Position numbers and translations under genes: made by a program. This document shows positions 42,298 through 54,249 of a DNA stretch of 64,000 bases, piece after piece. This DNA comes from Spongospora subterranea f. sp. subterranea (taxonomy: Eukaryota), in the NCBI GenBank assembly GCA_049724395.1, contig JAUGWO010000023.1, positions 186,001-250,000 on the forward strand. The letters run 5' to 3'. Positions within the stretch are counted from its first letter, which is position 1; each line of letters begins with the position of its first letter. A model generated the notes under the pieces. It saw only the letters and a list, made by a program, of their open reading frames with translations, searched no databases and was not told where the DNA came from.

Positions 42298-45200
42298 ATG
42301 GGAGCTGCTGCCTCGTCATTCCCCTTCCGGGTCGGCGAGCAACGTCGTGCGGGGACCCGATGGACTCTATACGATGGGCAAAGGAAGGTCAGACTCGTTA
42401 ATGCTCGTTGCCTGGTTTGGGACATTGTTATTGGCGTTTGCTTTTTTCAATTCGCTGTTTCAGTATATACCTTCATGATCCAAGAGCCATTTGGAAAATT
42501 GGTTCTGACTGGCTCATAGTCTGATAATGAAGACGTTTCCATTTTGGTTTTCACCAAAAATGGTGCGCATCCTGAAAGTCTACACAGCGCCAAACATTAT
42601 GAAAAGAAGCTGAAAACGCTTCGCCATCCTCATATTCTCAAGTTTATTGACTCATTGGAGGTATTTGGCATGGAGACGTGCTAGATAATCTTCACTTAAT
42701 AGTATTGTCAAGGTGCCGGAATCCATATATATCGTATGCGAGCGCGTCTCTCCTCTTATCATCAGCTCTGATCGGGCCAATGTTGATTCCAAAATTCTCC
42801 CTCTCGGTGTGTATCAAGTCGCTGTAAGTTGATTGCTTGTGAGCCGGTGTTTCCGAGCTGATTTTCTGTCAAAGTCGGCTATCAACTTTCTGAATACCGA
42901 TTGCAAAATGTCCCATTGCGCCGTATCACCAGAGGCCATTTTCATCAGTAAATCTGGCGATTGGAAACTTGGTGGGATGGACCGAATCTGCGACGCATCC
43001 GAGCTAGCAGTCTCCGATTGGAGCCGTCACTCTTTTTATATTCCGTCGATGTATGCGTCACCCGACATGAGCGAATGTACTCATGTTGGTTTCCGAAATG
43101 TTCCCCTTCACGCCCTCGGTTCGTTGTCCGTGTGTATTTCGCAAAAGCTGATGAATACGTTAGATTCTTGGTGTTTCGGATGTCTGATTTATGAAATATA
43201 TAACGGGTCGCTATCTCGTCGAGATCAGCTAAAGAATACAGGAAATATCCCAAATTCGTTGATTCCTTATTATCAAAGGTTATTCGGAAAATATCGATGC
43301 CTTTCTTTTTACTCAAATATTCAGGCTTCTGGCCAAAGGTTCTTCGAATCGCATAACCTCTGGGCAATTGCTCTCATCGAAGTATTTTGAATGTGATATA
43401 ATCCAGACTGTGGAATTTCTTGACCATTTGGCCTTGAAAAACAACGCAGAAAAAGAGGTATTTTTCAGAGGTATCCAAGATAAACTGGGAAGCTTAGGAG
43501 ATGTTTGTTCTTAAAGACTCACCATTTTTGCGCATATGAATAACATTCCGTTTCCTTAGTCCCTCTCAAGGTATCGTGTTCTGCCATGCCTTGTCCAGGC
43601 GCTCGAATACGGATCTGTTGCAGATTCAGCCGCGCGAGTGCTGAACGCGATGCTTCATATTGGAGCAAAGCTGTCTACAGAAGAATTCAAATTGATGGTC
43701 CAACCGTGTCTTCTCAAGCTATTTGCATGCAATGATCGGGCGATTCGGGCTGGTTTGCTCAAGGTTCGTATCATATAACGCCTTTTTGTGTTAGTTTGTG
43801 ACCATGTCTTTGCAGAATGTTTCAGAATATATAATCCATTTATCGGATACGGTGGTAAACGACACCGTCTGGCCTCAAGTGGTTACTGGATTCACCGACA
43901 CAGAACCGCGTCTTCGCGAAGCAACGATAAAATCTTTATTATCCTTTCTCCCGAAGTTGAAAGATAAAACCATTCAAGTATCTGCTTATCCAATGATTAG
44001 TCGAATGCAACGGGATCCAGTTCCTGGTATTCGAACTAATACGGTTATTGCTCTCGGTAAAGTTGCGAAGTTTCTATCGCCTACGACTCAAAGCAAAATT
44101 CTTCTACCCTCTTTCTCCCTAGCGCTTAGGTATTCTTATACTGATCAGCATTAACTCGTCGTGCTAATGTGCTCCGCTTGACGGCCAGGGACCCTTTCAT
44201 TCCCTCGAGGCAGTCTGCACTAGCAGCTCTTCAGGCAACTTGTTTATTATATTCACCAGAACAAATAGCAAAGTCAGTGCTGCACTCCGTTTGCCAGCAT
44301 CTTGTGGACCCTTCTAAACAGGTTTGTACCAGTATAGATTTTTGCGTCTAGTAATGGCTCTCTATTTCAGGTCAGAGATCAAGCATTTATCACGGTTCGA
44401 GCGCTAGTCGATAGAGTGGAAACTGCTACGCTGTCATTGCCTGACCAAAAACAAGAAGAGAACCTTACAGCTGCAGAAAATTCAAGGTCAAACAGCTCTG
44501 GTACATTTTTTGGAACAGTTGTACTTTTAGTTTGATGAATTCAAATTCTGTGATAGTAGTTCCAACGGATCTAGCTGGCGCTAGCGCTTTGGCTGGTAAA
44601 CTCACAGGTTGGGCCGTGAGCTCGATCAGCAAGAAACTTTTGGGATGGTGGCAGTTCTGCAGAAAGAAATTCCAAAAACACTATTAGAACCGGAACGGAC
44701 AATGCGAATTGGTTTGATTCATGATTTACCATAACTTCATTGCGTTAACTGCATAATGTTAGGAATCCTCCTGTTTTACCCAAGGAGGGACCAGGTCCAG
44801 CTTCGACTCCTCGCGCAGCAGAAGCCAATGTTTCGTCATTCGTCAGTGTAAGAAATTTAAGGATGATCCATTTTTTTTTTCAATTTTCACAGCCAAAGAA
44901 TCCATCAATCCCAGGCAACCTAACACTTGCCAATATTCGGCCATTTCAGGATGATCAAGATGATTTGGCTCCATATTCCATTCCTGGTGATGAGACGGAC
45001 CTAAATGGACACAATATCAATCTAGAAGACGATTTCTTCGCAAACCCTGACCTCTCAACCGCTGATGATATTTTGAGTCAGTTCAATTTATCAGTTTCTA
45101 CCCCATCCGTTCCGGTCTCTGGCAACGCCTCTGGCTTTGACGAGTCGTTTATAGATTGGATGGACAATGCATCCAAAATCCCAACAATTCCTCTTCCAAA

Positions 45201-45436
45201 TGTAAGTCTGCAACTTTCGATACTTCTATTGTGTTTATTTACCGCTTTAGAGTTCATCCTTAAATCCAACCGCAAAAACCACTCTTGCGACGCCAACACG
45301 CCCAATTTTATCATCAGCGAAAGGTGCCGCTCCAGTCAAACCCGTACCACAACCGCTTAGGCCCACAGGCTGGGGAAATGTTGGCAAGTCTAATACGCAA
45401 AGCACATTTAACGACGATTTTTTTAACAATTGGTAA
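42298..45436 (+). CDS. SCYL1: SCY1-like pseudokinase with HEAT repeats, multi-exon
   Basis: 'KLKTLRHPHILKF', 'FLNTDCKMSH..V..EAIFI.KSGDWKLGG', 'GFTDTEPRLREAT', 'DPVPGIRTNT', 'RDPFIPSR'. Confidence 0.9.
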
Positions 45437-45581
45437 ATAATTTATTCACTATAGCAACATTGCACTGTATTTTTTATTGTCGATCAATGCGACAGAAATC
45501 TGGAATTGTCTTGATCAAAAATTTGATAATGCTGGGTCCTCTTTATTTGCGATAGCGAATATGGCGAGATAAAAGGCGAAT

Positions 45582-48500
45582 TCAGTGTTTGACAAAGATG
45601 AACAAACGTAACCCCACTACGGGAGATGAGGACGCAAGAAACCGATCATGGTTACATTGGTTAATGGCTAATTGCGCAAAAGGAGCTGGGTCCAGAGATA
45701 AACTTGAAAAAAGAGTTGGCACATCGAAATTAGTGATTAACCTCGCCCCTGATTGCATTCGGAGTATGAAATTACACAACCGGCGATGCATCGATGGATT
45801 CAGATTTATGTACAGAAGAACAATATCGGATTTGATTCCATCTTCACAATCGAACAGATCCCCACACCGGAGATCTAATATGGATTGCTGCGCGGACGAT
45901 AGAACAAACTCTTTTTTATCATTCAGGAGAACTTCACAGGAGGGAAGAGTGGACGCGGAAAGTGTCGCTTTCGCAAAGCGTGATTCCGCGGCCTACAGAA
46001 GTGTGAGCATATTGCCACCACGCAATACATGTAACCTGACCTCAACTCCGATGCATTTTTTTAGTGATGTTGAGCACGAAAACACTTGTAAAATAGCTTG
46101 GCCGAAACCCATACCCAAGTCAGCGAATGTCGTTGCAGATTTGACATGAGCGTGTTCAAAATCGATAGCGCGCAAGATGCCAACTGGCAATAACTCGTCC
46201 AGACTCATATCAATTCGACGTCTGCGTGAAAACTCCATATCCATCTTTGAAAGACTAGTGTTGGCACTGCGAGCAACTTCACATCCCAAACTTCGAATGG
46301 GAATAACCGTGAACAGCACAAGTTCCCAAACCTCGAGAATTCTCCGGAAAAAGTGGGAAAGATGACAGGGACTCGCGCTTTTGGCAGCATTCAAAAACTG
46401 GAGCACAGTTAGCACTGGAAAAGCCAAATCAGATGGAAGTTCAGCGTCTCTAATAGCTCGTTGCCAGATGGGGTAATGAGCCCCCCATAATACGTTCCAG
46501 TCTCTCATTGAGGAAAAAGCCCCGAAGTCTTCCATCATCTTTTTGAGCGATTCGATGTCAAGACTCATTACAATCCGTGTTTCGGTAGAGTACTTACCAT
46601 CGCAAACCGTATTTTGTAAAAGACTTGCAATGCACGATGACACCGCGATCAACGGAGAAAACGGAGAGGCGTCTTTTTTCAGATAGATGCGACAGATATC
46701 TCTGATCCGGTTCCATTCCGGATTGAGAGCAATGTCAGGTAAGCATCTATCGAACGCCAGCAGATAGTCTTCGAATCGAGAATTCTCCACTTCAACGCGA
46801 ATGTCTTGTTTGAGATTCGCTTTTAAAATGTCCAAACACGGAACCAAATCGTGGTTATTAGTTTGATAAGAAACCAGACGTTTCCAGTTTTCCCGGTCGA
46901 TATCCCAGGAATCAAACATTGCCGAGCATTCGATGTGATCTTCAAGTGACATCATGATTTCTCGTAAGCACCGTACATGGTTAGAAGCATGCCATAACCT
47001 AACATTGCGAAATCCAGAACGCCACTTTAACCTTTCCTGAATCTCTGCTCCAAAAATCCCGTCAGGAAGATCCATGTCGAACGATATCAAACAGGCGCTC
47101 AATAAGAACGAATTGAATGCCGCGTTTAATGCTGCAACCCATCCTTCAGTTAGGTGCGATTCGGACGGAGACATGATCATGCTAGCGGCTTGATAAACGA
47201 GAAACACCACATGTAAAGAGGTACGACTTGCTGACAACGAGGTGAAGAAACTGGAATGACCTGTATTATCTAGCTGGACCCTTTCTCTGAATTCCGGTGC
47301 CCAATGGATGCGCCGAATTGCTGCAAAAAGGTGACCTACATGACGCTTGATAATGGCAATGCGACCCGGTTCATCTGACGTTGCGATTGAGGTCAATGCA
47401 GAGCGCCAACGAGGGCGATCAAAAACAATATCTTCCGATAAATGTTTTTCCAGATCAAGAAGGCACAACGCGAGAGTAGATGGTGTGAAAGAAGAATGCA
47501 CCAAAACACCCCATTGCAATCGGAAATCAAGCCAGGCAGACGATGTTGCTTGGTGCTCCATAACAGTTTCAAGATCGACTAGTAATTCCGCCAGAGCGTA
47601 GCTGTATTTGGATTCGCTAACTTGGCGCAACCAGTTGTGGATGCGACGATCATGAAAGTGAGGAATTACGAACTCTTTGGGAAGCGATTTTGCCAGTTCA
47701 ATTACGCTGTTGCGGATGGTGACGAAGTCTTCAGACGTTGATTCGTCACGGGCTATGGCAAAGAGCGGGAATGACCAGAATCCAAATCTATGAAGCCATG
47801 CCATTATCACTGCTTGAGTTCGAATATGACTTTCTAGTTCCAGCAACGCGATTGCCAAAACCCTCGTTGTTTTTGCATTTCCAATTTTATGCTTCCAGAC
47901 CATACTAAAGGAAGGCCATTGCACAGTTAAAAGATGCAACTTCAATAGTTTTGCCTCAAAATCGGAAATAAGATCCGCGACAGATTTGACAGTTAACTCT
48001 GGGGGTATGAATAAATCAAACGCATGGCACAAATTGGCGTTCAACTGCTGCAGCCCGGCTAAAATCAATATCAACTGCGCATTCGAATTGTCAAGAATCA
48101 AACCCATAACGCTATGAAGCCATGCAACACGTTCGTCGAACCAAATTTTGTCTGTTTGACAATCGGGCCAGACACCATCGATCGCCATCGCGTATGCAGC
48201 CAATTCCCCGATATCGAGCTGTTTATGGCCAAAGACCTTGTTAATCCAATCATTGGCTCCATAGGTTGACGACAGTTGCTCGACAAAGGAATGTAGAATC
48301 GCTGATAGATCTTCAACACTAATGTCTAACGCAAAAGGATGTTTCGTCATAAGCCAGACGATTGACGACACCCTAACAAGTGAGTTAGGTAGAAATTTCG
48401 ATAATCTAACGTTTAAAACATGATAGAGCAACTGATCTTCAGAAGGAGAGCGACGTTGTGTAGCAATCGCTTGATGGAGGTCACGATAATTGATCATATC

Positions 48501-49276
48501 AATGACCACTGCAGATGATGGAAGGGCGTTGGTAATTATTTGTTGAAATCGCACTTGACGATCTTCATCAGAACGAGCAGCAATTAAAGTCAGCAGCCTC
48601 GAAAATACGCTATTAGCTGTGAAAACACGTTCATGAAAAATGTTGCATGCGGTTCCAAGTTGGTTGAGGCACGATATGATCAATAAATTGTCATCCGATC
48701 GTTGCAATACGGCATCAAACGTTTTCGAAACTTGTTCACATAACTCCGAATCGGCATCTTCCAGACGATCAAAATCCTCACGAAGAAGTAAACGGCACCC
48801 TAGAAAAAAAACAGTCGGATTCGCACGGCATTATATCCTCGAAGTTACCAATAGCCCCAGAAATATTTGCTATCATCAGCCTTTGAAGGGCTGGCATGAT
48901 CTGAATTGTCTCTGCGGCGATACAGCATTGATTCCAGATTTGGTCAAGCTCCTGAATCATCAGCAGGTGAGTATAACAGTATGACTGTGGCGTTTGCAGC
49001 ATCGAACAGAACAATGTGTTTTTTTTTAATTAACTAGAAAATTGCATTACATCAGAAGAATAATTTGAGATGACTGAGTCCAACAAAGAAGGATGAATAG
49101 ATAACCGTAGTTCGCAGTAAAGCAGGAGGAGGTAAAAGTCGCACCTCGATATTGTGGAATTTTAGAGCTTTGTCGATGGCGACACCAACGTACGGGAAAG
49201 CCCATGCCCCGCCTAGCATTTCGAATCGTGCCGTTAGCAATTCAACCGCTTCCGCGAGCATCGCTTTCGCCGTCAT
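45582..49276 (-). CDS. Large protein: tandem Trp-rich helical (WHIM3-like) repeats plus a C-terminal DOT1-like class I SAM methyltransferase domain
   Basis: 904-codon central ORF with repeated W-x5/6-W-x3-V-x6-L(A)-x2-LL-x-LE; SAM motif I 'FADLGMGFGQAILQ', 'CIGVE'; last exon 'GDLF..SDIVLL..GARLIT'. Confidence 0.65.
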
Positions 49277-49619
49277 GGCAGCCTGACCTGAGCGGATATA
49301 CTCCAATACTGGGTCCCAAGATCAATTAGACCCAACAGTCGTCCTCCTCCTGATCATCATCATCATCATTATCATTATCATTTGAAAAGAGTCCGCTTTA
49401 GGTACAGACTACAGAGTGTAACAAACACCATTGGAGGCTATGGGAGGCGCCTCCACCGCGCTGTCAGTGTCACTCAACAGACAGGCCATGACGAGTCGGT
49501 ATTATGATGATGCCATGATTAACTCAACGGGTATCAAGTCGCCATCGCCAATGGACCTAGGTATTACAAACGCGAACTGGGCCCAAATAGGCAGCCAAAT
49601 GGTGGTTTCCATTACTGCG

Positions 49620-49900
49620 AAGAGTGGAATCATTCGTCGCCATACCAATTCTTCGAAACCCACACTGACGGAGGAAAATAAATTCACCCGTTTGCAATTT
49701 TACATCTCCATTGCTGGAACAGGATTCCATAGCAACTTCCCCGGTATTTTTCAAGCGATGATCAATTTCGTGAACATCGACGAAAACTGGTTATATTCAA
49801 CGCTAAAGTCCAACGCATACTACCTGACCGTCGATGAAGAGTTATTTCTACCGCAGCTGCCAAATCAAATCTTTCATCGAAACGTGATGTTTTAGCAGCA
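49620..49900 (+). mobile_element. Fragment of a DD39D-type (plant/oomycete mariner-like) transposase
   Basis: 'GIIRRHTNSSKPTLTEENKFTRLQF', 'FQAMINFVNIDENWLY', 'YYLTVDEE', 'VMF' match the consensus RRHxxxxKPxLTxxNKxxRLxF...HIDEKWFY...YYLxxDEE...KVMFL. Confidence 0.8.
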
Positions 49901-49916
49901 GCGACTAGGCCAAAGT

Positions 49917-50930
49917 TTGACAACGGAGTCTGCTCTTTCACTTGAAAAATCGACCTTTGATCATTTATCGTCGGTCAAGTCCAAAGTTCCTAAAAACGTA
50001 CCAGTTTTCATCGGATTTCAGTTCATTTTTAGAATCTTTCTGGATGATCTGAACCGTTGTTCGCCATCGTTTAATGATTTCACCCGTTTCCCAATCTTTC
50101 TTGTTTCGATATCTGCATCACATATGATGCACCATACAACACGCGGCAGAATCAGATAGTTGCAACACCTCTGGCTCATATTCTGTTCCCGGTATGTACT
50201 GATAATTCGCATACAGCGCAGACCATTTCAGGTATTGCAGTTAGAAAAAATGAACAACTCGTTTGAGTCTTTTGAAGGAACAAGCACTATCTTGCAATGG
50301 TAGTGATCAGGAACTTGCAGCCCTCAGGGACATCCTGGATTCTCCAAGACATGAGGCAGAACTTGCTGGAGAACCGGAGGACGTCGCATCAGAAGCGCAG
50401 CTGACATCGATGCAGGCTTCAGACACAGTATGCGCTCCTGTGAATCTTGAATGGTTGCAACACTTTCATTGTTATGGCTGCTTGTTTTACTGAATTTCTT
50501 GCAGTGATCGCATTAAGCTTGGACCTGGGGCTAAGATATTTTTTTGGTACCCTGGCAGGGTGCCAGGTCCCGGAAACGGCGTTTATGTGACAGTTTTAAC
50601 AGTAATGTCATGTAGTTTTGATCTGTACTAGTTGTAACATATGAGCAGGTGTTTCCCAAAGAGCGTTACCTGTAGACAGGAATACCTTTTGAAACTGGAT
50701 TGCTTCCATAGTTTATCTATGGATACCTGTGTATGAACAAATCTATTTCCAATGTCCAAAGCTGATTACTTTCCCAGATACAAGTTTTGTCCCCAGTAGA
50801 GGTTAGGATGACACCGATTGAAACTTCCGATTTTCAGTCAGGTACCACGAAAGGAAGAACGATAGCGCAGGAGTACAGCCTGGAAATTCAGCGTGAAATT
50901 TTTGAAATCACGAGATTGCATCCTTGATAC
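49917..50930 (+). pseudogene. Intron-containing gene remnant of unknown family
   Basis: Exon-like pieces bounded by GT/AG ('DRIKLGPGAKIFFWYPG', 'LKLDCFHSLSMDTC', 'IQVLSPVEV..EITRLHP*'); reading frame disrupted near 50670-50690. Confidence 0.4.
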
Positions 50931-51251
50931 CAAGATTTCCAAGAATTTTAAATAAAAATTTCCATGATTGTTTTGATATCTGCAAAAAAATATTGTACAC
51001 ACGACGATACTAAAGGGTGATTTTGGCTCTTGATTTCAGCAAGATTCCGCTGAATTGTCAGACTGTATTCGTCAGCAATCGTGCTTCCTTTGATTGTACC
51101 TGACTGAAGATCGTTAGGTGTCGTCGAAACCTTCACTGGGAAAACAACTTGTATCTGGGAAAATTCCTGGTCAAACGGGGACATCCTATTATTACTCCGT
51201 ATGATAACAAAGCACTACATACATTACTAACTATACTTTACAATTAATTAC

Positions 51252-51587
51252 TTACTGTAGTAGAAGAGTTAAACTCCAGTCACTACCATTCATTTCAATT
51301 TGGTCGCCATTTTCATCATTTAATTGGAAGCGTTGAAACCCTACAAATGGCGACCTCAATTTTACGTGTGAGAAATCACTTATAGAATAATTAATAATAC
51401 CTCCAAAATCAGCGTTCGGATAAACAGTAATTAATTGATTTTGATTATAATTACTTGTATTACTCGTCATAACATTAATATCACTAATTATTCTAATTTC
51501 ATTTGTGCCAGAAAATCACATACTTGATCTGAAATTATACTTGTAGTTCCAGTATGATTTCCAGCACTCAATCCTAAATATTTCTGC
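51252..51587 (-). pseudogene. C-terminal half of a viral minor capsid (penton)-like gene; endogenous viral element
   Basis: AT-rich, intronless; 'KYLGL..GTTSIISDQVCDF/SGTNEIRIISD..LITVYPNADFGGIINY..FQLNDENGDQIEMNGSDWSLTLLLQ*'; one frameshift in the A-run at 51512-51515. Confidence 0.72.
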
Positions 51588-51797
51588 TTAGGTGGTCACG
51601 GATGTGGCACGCAGTGCATAGTACTGTGTTCGACTCAGGGTGTTACTTGCCCATCGGGTCTGCGTCTTCATTGACGCAGATGTAGTGCCAAGGCCATGAT
51701 CGTGCAGATAACAGAAACAGTACAAGACGTATTGACGGGGACCGAAGACTGGAACGCTAAACTCGGAAAATCCATTTGCAATTAATGTAATGAGTAA

Positions 51798-52557
51798 GAG
51801 CATCCTCAACCCGGAGTTATTTTCATTCTATTCTATTTTTTAGCCGAAAAAAGAACCCCAACGCGAAGTTAAAAGTTATCTATCCGATAGAATTAGGATT
51901 TTGTGAGTTATTTTGACCGGAATAGCTAAGGATTTATATTTCGATTCTACGGAGTTTCGCAGCCCCCAGGTCACTGTTGTAGAGTCTAAGAGCACATAAA
52001 ATGGGGCGAGGCAAATCATGGACGGATGAGGAGGACATGTTCCTCACCAAATCAGCTGTTCATATCAGCCATGATCCGGTAACGGGTGCTGACCAAAAGG
52101 CCAAGGTCTATTGGGATCGGATTTTGGCGCATTTCAAAACGTTTTTGCCCACTACCACTAGAACCGTCATGGCAATATCAGGCCGATGGAAAGAGCTACA
52201 AACTGCTGTTTCCAAATTTGCAGGACATCTGCGGTCTGTGCAATCAATACCACATTATGGACAAGTACACTTCGCGTGCTGCTTCAGTGTAATCTTCCAA
52301 CTCCCACCCCGAATGTGGTATTGATTGCACAGACCGCAGATGTTCCTGCAAATTTGGAAACAGCAGTTTGTAGCTCTTTCCATCGGCCTGATATTGCCAT
52401 GACGGTTCTAGTGGTAGTGGGCAAAAACGTTTTGAAATGCGCCAAAATCCGATCCCCATAGACCTTGGCCTTTTGGTCAGCACCTTCTATTTTTTAGCCA
52501 AAAAAAGAACCCCAACGCGAAGTTAAAAGTTATCAATCCGATAGAATTAGGATGCTC
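51798..52557 (+). mobile_element. Rearranged PIF/Harbinger remnant encoding a Myb/SANT-like (NAM-associated type) DNA-binding protein
   Basis: TAA-GAGCATCC...GGATGCTC-TAA termini; ORF at 52001 'MGRGKSWTDEEDMFLTKS..ISHDPVTGADQK..YWDRI..RT..AISGRW..LQ..VSKF'; internal inversion. Confidence 0.8.
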
Positions 52558-52589
52558 TAATAATCCATTTGCAATCAATGTAACGAGTA

Positions 52590-52897
52590 AGTCATTTTTC
52601 CATTAACCGCGTTGTATGATGCTGTAATTCCAAGACTATTTACACCAAGTGCTGTAATGAATGTATTTACATTGTAATTGCTAAGTGATAAAGTAAAATT
52701 AGTTGTACCAGATGTTATACCTAAACCAAGTACATTATTAAATGAATTTGCGTTGTAATAACTGTGAGGAATAGTAAGGTTCTGTATATTTAAAGATGTC
52801 TCTTCGTCACTTGGCGAAAGGTCGTGTATATTTACGTAAAAATCACTGCATGATGAACCATTTAATCTGTCTTTACAAATTGAGAAGATAATGTCAT
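52590..52897 (-). pseudogene. N-terminal half of the same penton-like gene (absent from the ORF track: no in-frame start near its 5' end)
   Basis: Manual translation: 'KDRLNGSSCSDFYVNIHDLSPSDEETSLNIQNLTIPHSYYNANSFNNVLGLGITSGTTNFTLSLSNYNVNTFITALGVNSLGITASYNAVNGKMT'. Confidence 0.7.
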
Positions 52898-52946
52898 AAT
52901 AAAATATTTTATATTTTAAAATACTGAAAATGTATATACAGATATT

Positions 52947-53290
52947 CGCACCTTTTCCCTACCATCACCTTTTCCCTACCATCTCGCACCTTTTCCCTAC
53001 CATCACCTTTTCCCTACCATCTCGCACCTTTTCCCTACCATCACCTTTTCCCTACCATCTCGCACCTTTTCCCTACCATCACCTTTTCCCTACCATCTCG
53101 CACCTTTTCCCTACCATCACCTTTTCCCTACCATCTCGCACCTTTTCCCTACCATCACCTTTTCCCTACCATCTCGCACCTTTTCCCTACCATCACCTTT
53201 TCCCTACCATCTCACCTTTTCCCCATCACCTTTTCCCTACCATCTCGCACCTTTTCCCTACCATCACCTTTTCCCTACCATCTCGCACTT
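52947..53290. repeat. Minisatellite of alternating 17- and 21-bp units (38-bp higher-order repeat), 18 core copies
   Basis: CCTTTTCCCTACCATCA / CCTTTTCCCTACCATCTCGCA; cores at 52951, 52968, 52989 ... 53267. Confidence 0.96.
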
Positions 53291-54249
53291 ACCTCATAGG
53301 GAAAACGCCAATGGGAGGGGTGTTATGTCTCGCTACTTATTTCAATTGTTTACATATTGTTTCTCGTCTTTTACCAAGTAAACGGGTGGTGGTGACCACT
53401 CCCATAATGTCACGATTGCCATTACATGTCTCTCCATCGATTCAGAGAAGACATGCAACCTGGCCAGAGATTTGCCTCAACAGCCCGATTCTGGTGAGTG
53501 GACTCGGTGGCAATTGGTTAAGACATGTGTGATGTGTCGCCATCGAGACGGCAACTTGCCCATTACTTGAACATAAAGGGTATCTTCAATCAATCAACAA
53601 AAATGTGTCATCCGATCATGATGTCATACAGGACCAAAACGCATCACACGGCAATGGCTCGATCAATACCTATATCATCGAACCCCATTCACGAATTATT
53701 TTGAGCAATTCCTCCTGAAGAGCACGGTTAGATCATTTCGGATTGAGGATCCGATCAGCCGATTGTGTGTGTATGTGGACACATTCACACTGGACGCGTT
53801 CACCATAATCGGCTAAATTGGCAAGCTCAGGGGTTCCATCCCTCCTCTGAAGCCATAAAGCCATCCGGTTTCAATATCGATTCTTCCTCCAGTGCCTCAG
53901 CACCGCGCCATATACCAACCGCGATCCTTGATGACAATCGATGGATGGCGAATCGGTTGAGGATCAACGTCACCAAGAATGTCATAAAAAACGGGTCGTC
54001 CACGCCCTGATCAACCATTCAACAAAACAGATATACACAACCTACACACACGATCTCGCCATCAAACATTAAGCAGAATTATGGCGACAAAGTCGCTGCA
54101 ATTCACAGGACAATTCGCGCTATTGCCAGGATCGTCTGTTCGCCAAAGCAAATTGGCGCTAGGACCAGACATACATATATCGGACCTCATTGACCGATCC
54201 CTGCACCTGACCATGTCGCCCATTCTTTTGTAAAGAGAGTGTCACATCT

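Noticed and set aside
52947..53290. Interstitial telomere, or the 200-aa ORF 52930-53532 as a real gene
   Set aside because: The 17/21-bp unit is not a simple TnAGGG repeat; the ORF is just the translated repeat
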